From assembly GCA_002269645.1 (NCBI GenBank), contig NIVC01001517.1, positions 132,465 to 196,464 on the forward strand: a stretch of 64,000 bases of DNA. The letters run 5' to 3'. The translations under genes and the position numbers were made by a program. A model generated the notes under the pieces. That model was given only the letters and a program-made list of their open reading frames with translations. It had not been told where the DNA came from and ran no database searches. Shown piece after piece: positions 61,229 through 64,000 of this stretch. This DNA comes from Macrostomum lignano (taxonomy: Eukaryota). Position 1 is the first letter of the stretch, and each line of letters opens with the position of its first letter.

Positions 61229-61906
61229 CATCTTCCGCGCGTACATTCTGGGTGTGAAGCCAGTCTGCCGGATCGCCTGTTCCGACTCCGAGTCTATCGC
61301 TATCAACGGCTCCCCGCTGTCAAAGGACAACGTGACCGTTTTGCTGGTGACGAAGGCACGATTTCTACTGTACTATTAGTTGGAAAGCACTGATCTGTCT
61401 GAGTCGCCCAAGCAGGCTAACGACTTGCTCGACCTGGCAGAGAACAATATCTTCTCTGATAAGGCACACCGTGGTCTGCGTTATTTACAAGAGTTCATGA
61501 AGAACCTATCCGAGAAGGCTAAGCTAAGCAAGCCTTATACCAACCACTGCATTAGGTGAGTATATTTGTGTTACGAAGTAAAAGTAAAAGCATAATTGTT
61601 TGTTCACCTTTCTGAACAAGATACCATTGCATTTCTAGAGTCACTCGCATTTGCGACTTGGAAAGCGAAGGGCATGCTGTCCACGACATCATGCTTGTGA
61701 CGGGTCACAAGTCGGAGGCGACCGTTCGGCGATTTCTGCATAAGAGGCGTGATCGAAGTTTGTACAAGTCCTCTGTGAACGTGCATACCGCCATGAAGAA
61801 GTCTTTGGATTGTATGGATCGTACTGAGGCTGCGACATCCATTAGTGGAGATGAGGAGTTTCATCGGGTCCAAGGCCCACCAGAAAAAAAATGTGAATCC
61901 AAGTGA
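61210..61906 (+). pseudogene. Crypton-type tyrosine recombinase remnant with a spliceosomal intron
   Basis: FMKNLSEKAKLSKPYTNHCI(R) | 83-nt GT-AG intron 61556-61638 | VTRICDLESEG…IMLVTGHKSEATVRRF matches Crypton/DUF3504-type YR motifs (YTNHSLR, IM..TGH…Y). In-frame TAG at 61377. The catalytic Tyr position is TTT (Phe, 61733). Confidence 0.75.
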
Positions 61907-62529
61907 ACGGCAATTCGAACATCATTGATTTCTTTTTGAATAGCTTTAATGACTGCATTGACTGAGTTAACTTTTGTTGGTGTTCATTTGAGGCATTCAT
62001 CACATAGGTTTCGTCTATGTTCGTTCTTGTTACTTCTTTCGAATACCGTAAATTGAACATTCGTCTAGGTTCAATGCCGAATGGCAAACAAACAATGAAT
62101 TGTAACGCATAAAAACTACAAATAATGATAGTCAAATTGCTAGACAATGACAAAAAGAAACTATGCAAGCCACAACAGCTCTGCACAGCTTTGCTATCCT
62201 CCTTTGTCAACCCCGGGGGTTAGGGAAACAGACACTAGCTGCTGCTACTAATGCTTGAGAGCAGAATAGTCTATGGTCTGAGCCCCGGGTTCTCGCGCTG
62301 CGGCCCATCTAGGAGGCATATAGAATCTGTTCTAAATATAGAAAAAACAGACCGTTAATGAACGCTTTATTCTGTGACTGTAGACAGCAACACTGGTCTT
62401 TGGCCATAGACATCCTCAGCTGGCTGGCTGCCGAGCGCTACCACTTTTGTTTGCAGCGATGCAGTCGCCTACTTTCGTGACTGTCTTCCTACGCACACAC
62501 AAATTATTTTTCTTCTCTGCAGAGCCCTG

Positions 62530-63055
62530 GGGGTGTTTCTCGAAACTCACGTAAGTTCTATGGTAAGTTAGATGGTAAGACAGAAATTTACGTGTAGCGT
62601 AAGTTTGCTCGTAAGACGCTTTCTCAAAACTCACTTAGACTTTGCGTGGCTTACGCTGTTCGTAAGTCGTATCTGAAACGAAAAGTTGCATGTCTATGGT
62701 CATAAATCTGCAAATATCTTTACTTAGTCTATCGTAAGTTGCTTTCGAGAAAGACCCACCTTCGATAAAGTTTAACTTGACTTGGCTTGACTAAAGCTTC
62801 ACGTACTATGCGATTAGTGCTTAAGTGCGTCTTACGACTGCTACCGAGCAGTCGTAGGGTTAAGATCAACCTTACGAAAGACCATTAGACATACGAACGT
62901 TTCGAGAAACAGTCTTTTGCGCAAAGTTACGAACTCGTAAAGTTGCGATCAATCTTACGCATAGCTAACTTGCGAGCCCTTCGAGCAACCCGTAAGTGTA
63001 GCTTACCCAACTTACGTCTATGGTCGATCGTAAGTTGCTTTCGAGAAAGACCCCT
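62530..63055. mobile_element. PIF/Harbinger-like MITE (composite)
   Basis: TIRs GGGGTGTTTCTCGAAA…TTTCGAGAAAGACCCC(T), flanked by CTG on both sides (one-base offset). A second internal copy of the 3' TIR lies at about 62731-62757, and a 10-bp-stem hairpin TACGACTGCT-ACCG-AGCAGTCGTA is present. Confidence 0.55.
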
Positions 63056-63270
63056 CTGATCATCAATTCTTTCGCTCCTCTCCTCAGCCATTTGCACCCC
63101 TTGAATGTCATAAGCTGAAGAGAACGCATTCAGAGTCAAAGACAAATACAATAGCCAACAGAGCAGCTAATATGCACCCGAAACTGCGGCAGCTGCAGCA
63201 TCTGCAAGATCGTCAGCGTCAGCGGTGGCGGCGTCGCCCGCACTCTCGCACTGCAGCGGCTGCGGCAGCG

Positions 63271-63930
63271 ATGGCGGGGGTGTACACGGACTCTGGGCGG
63301 CTGCTGCTCGGTGGCATGGCTGTGGGGCTGCTCAGCCTGCTGCTTACATTTGCGGGTCTGCAGTTGGCCCGTCTCGGCGGACTGCGGCACCCCGCTGAGC
63401 CCGAAGCTCCTGTTGAGTCGGTGATGAACCGAACTCTTCGAGGAGCTGAGAACCGCCCCGCAACGGTCGCTTCCCCAACTGACGGTGGCAGCGGCGGCGA
63501 CGGCGGCAGCGGCAGCGGCGGCGGTAGTGGTGGCGACGGCGGCAGCGGCAGCGGCGGTGGTAGTGGTGGCGACGGCGGCAGCGGTAGCGGCGGCGGTAGT
63601 GGTGGCGACGGCGGCAGCGGTAGCGGCGGCGGTAGTGGTAGCGACGGCGGCAGCGGTAGCGGCGGCGGTAGTGGTGGAGGTGGCAGCAGCGGCAGCGGAG
63701 GCGGTAGTGGTGGCGACGGCAGCAACGGCAGCAACGGCAGTAGTGGTGGAGGTGGCAGGAGCGGCAGCGGCAGCGGTAGTGGTGGAGGTGGCAGGAGCGG
63801 CAGCGGCAGCGGCAGCAGTGGTGGAGGTGGAGGCAGCGGCAACTTGAAGTTGAATGCTCGGAACGGGACGAAGGGGCGACCGCTTCCCCTGCCGGGCACC
63901 AGCGATAGGCCAAAGTTTTTCTTCAACGAG
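63271..63930 (+). CDS. first coding exon of a type II single-pass membrane protein with a Gly/Ser/Asp-rich stalk
   Basis: ATG in good context (gcgATGG; an in-frame upstream ATG exists at 63172). Hydrophobic LLLGGMAVGLLSLLLTFAGLQL, (GSGGDGGSGSGG)n repeat, and strong phase-0 donor AACGAG|gtgagt at 63931. The rest of the gene lies outside the window. Confidence 0.7.
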
Positions 63931-64000
63931 GTGAGTCTACCGAGCATTTTGGACTGTCAAAGCAGGGCGTCTGCGACTTAGAAGGCCATGGGCACCAACA

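Overview
This is eukaryotic (metazoan) genomic DNA, not prokaryotic. It has spliceosomal GT-AG introns, GC3-rich exons and a very high density of micro- and minisatellites. The style suggests a free-living flatworm such as Macrostomum, but that is inference only. All homology calls come from my recognition of family motifs; no database search was run. Supported genes: (1) a two-exon lipin/phosphatidate phosphatase (+, 10522-13656) with one apparent 1-nt frameshift; (2) a divergent DEG/ENaC-family channel (+, about 26726-29564), also with an apparent 1-nt frameshift; (3) a complete five-exon CFAP77-like ciliary gene (-, 42304-45204, 265 aa); (4) the first exon of a type II membrane protein with a Gly/Ser stalk (+, 63271-63930). 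A few unassigned candidate exons are also present. Mobile elements: a hAT (Buster/Charlie-type) MITE with a perfect 8-bp TSD in the lipin intron; a ~12-kb head-to-tail array of four Helitron-like non-autonomous units (45521-57680); a mariner 5' remnant fused to an intron-containing Crypton-type tyrosine recombinase remnant (60731-61906); and a Harbinger-like MITE. Most long ORFs in the supplied track are artefacts of tandem repeats. The most unusual pattern is minisatellites whose unit is an exon/intron junction. This is directly visible in CFAP77 intron 3 (10 decoy splice donors) and suggested in several other arrays.
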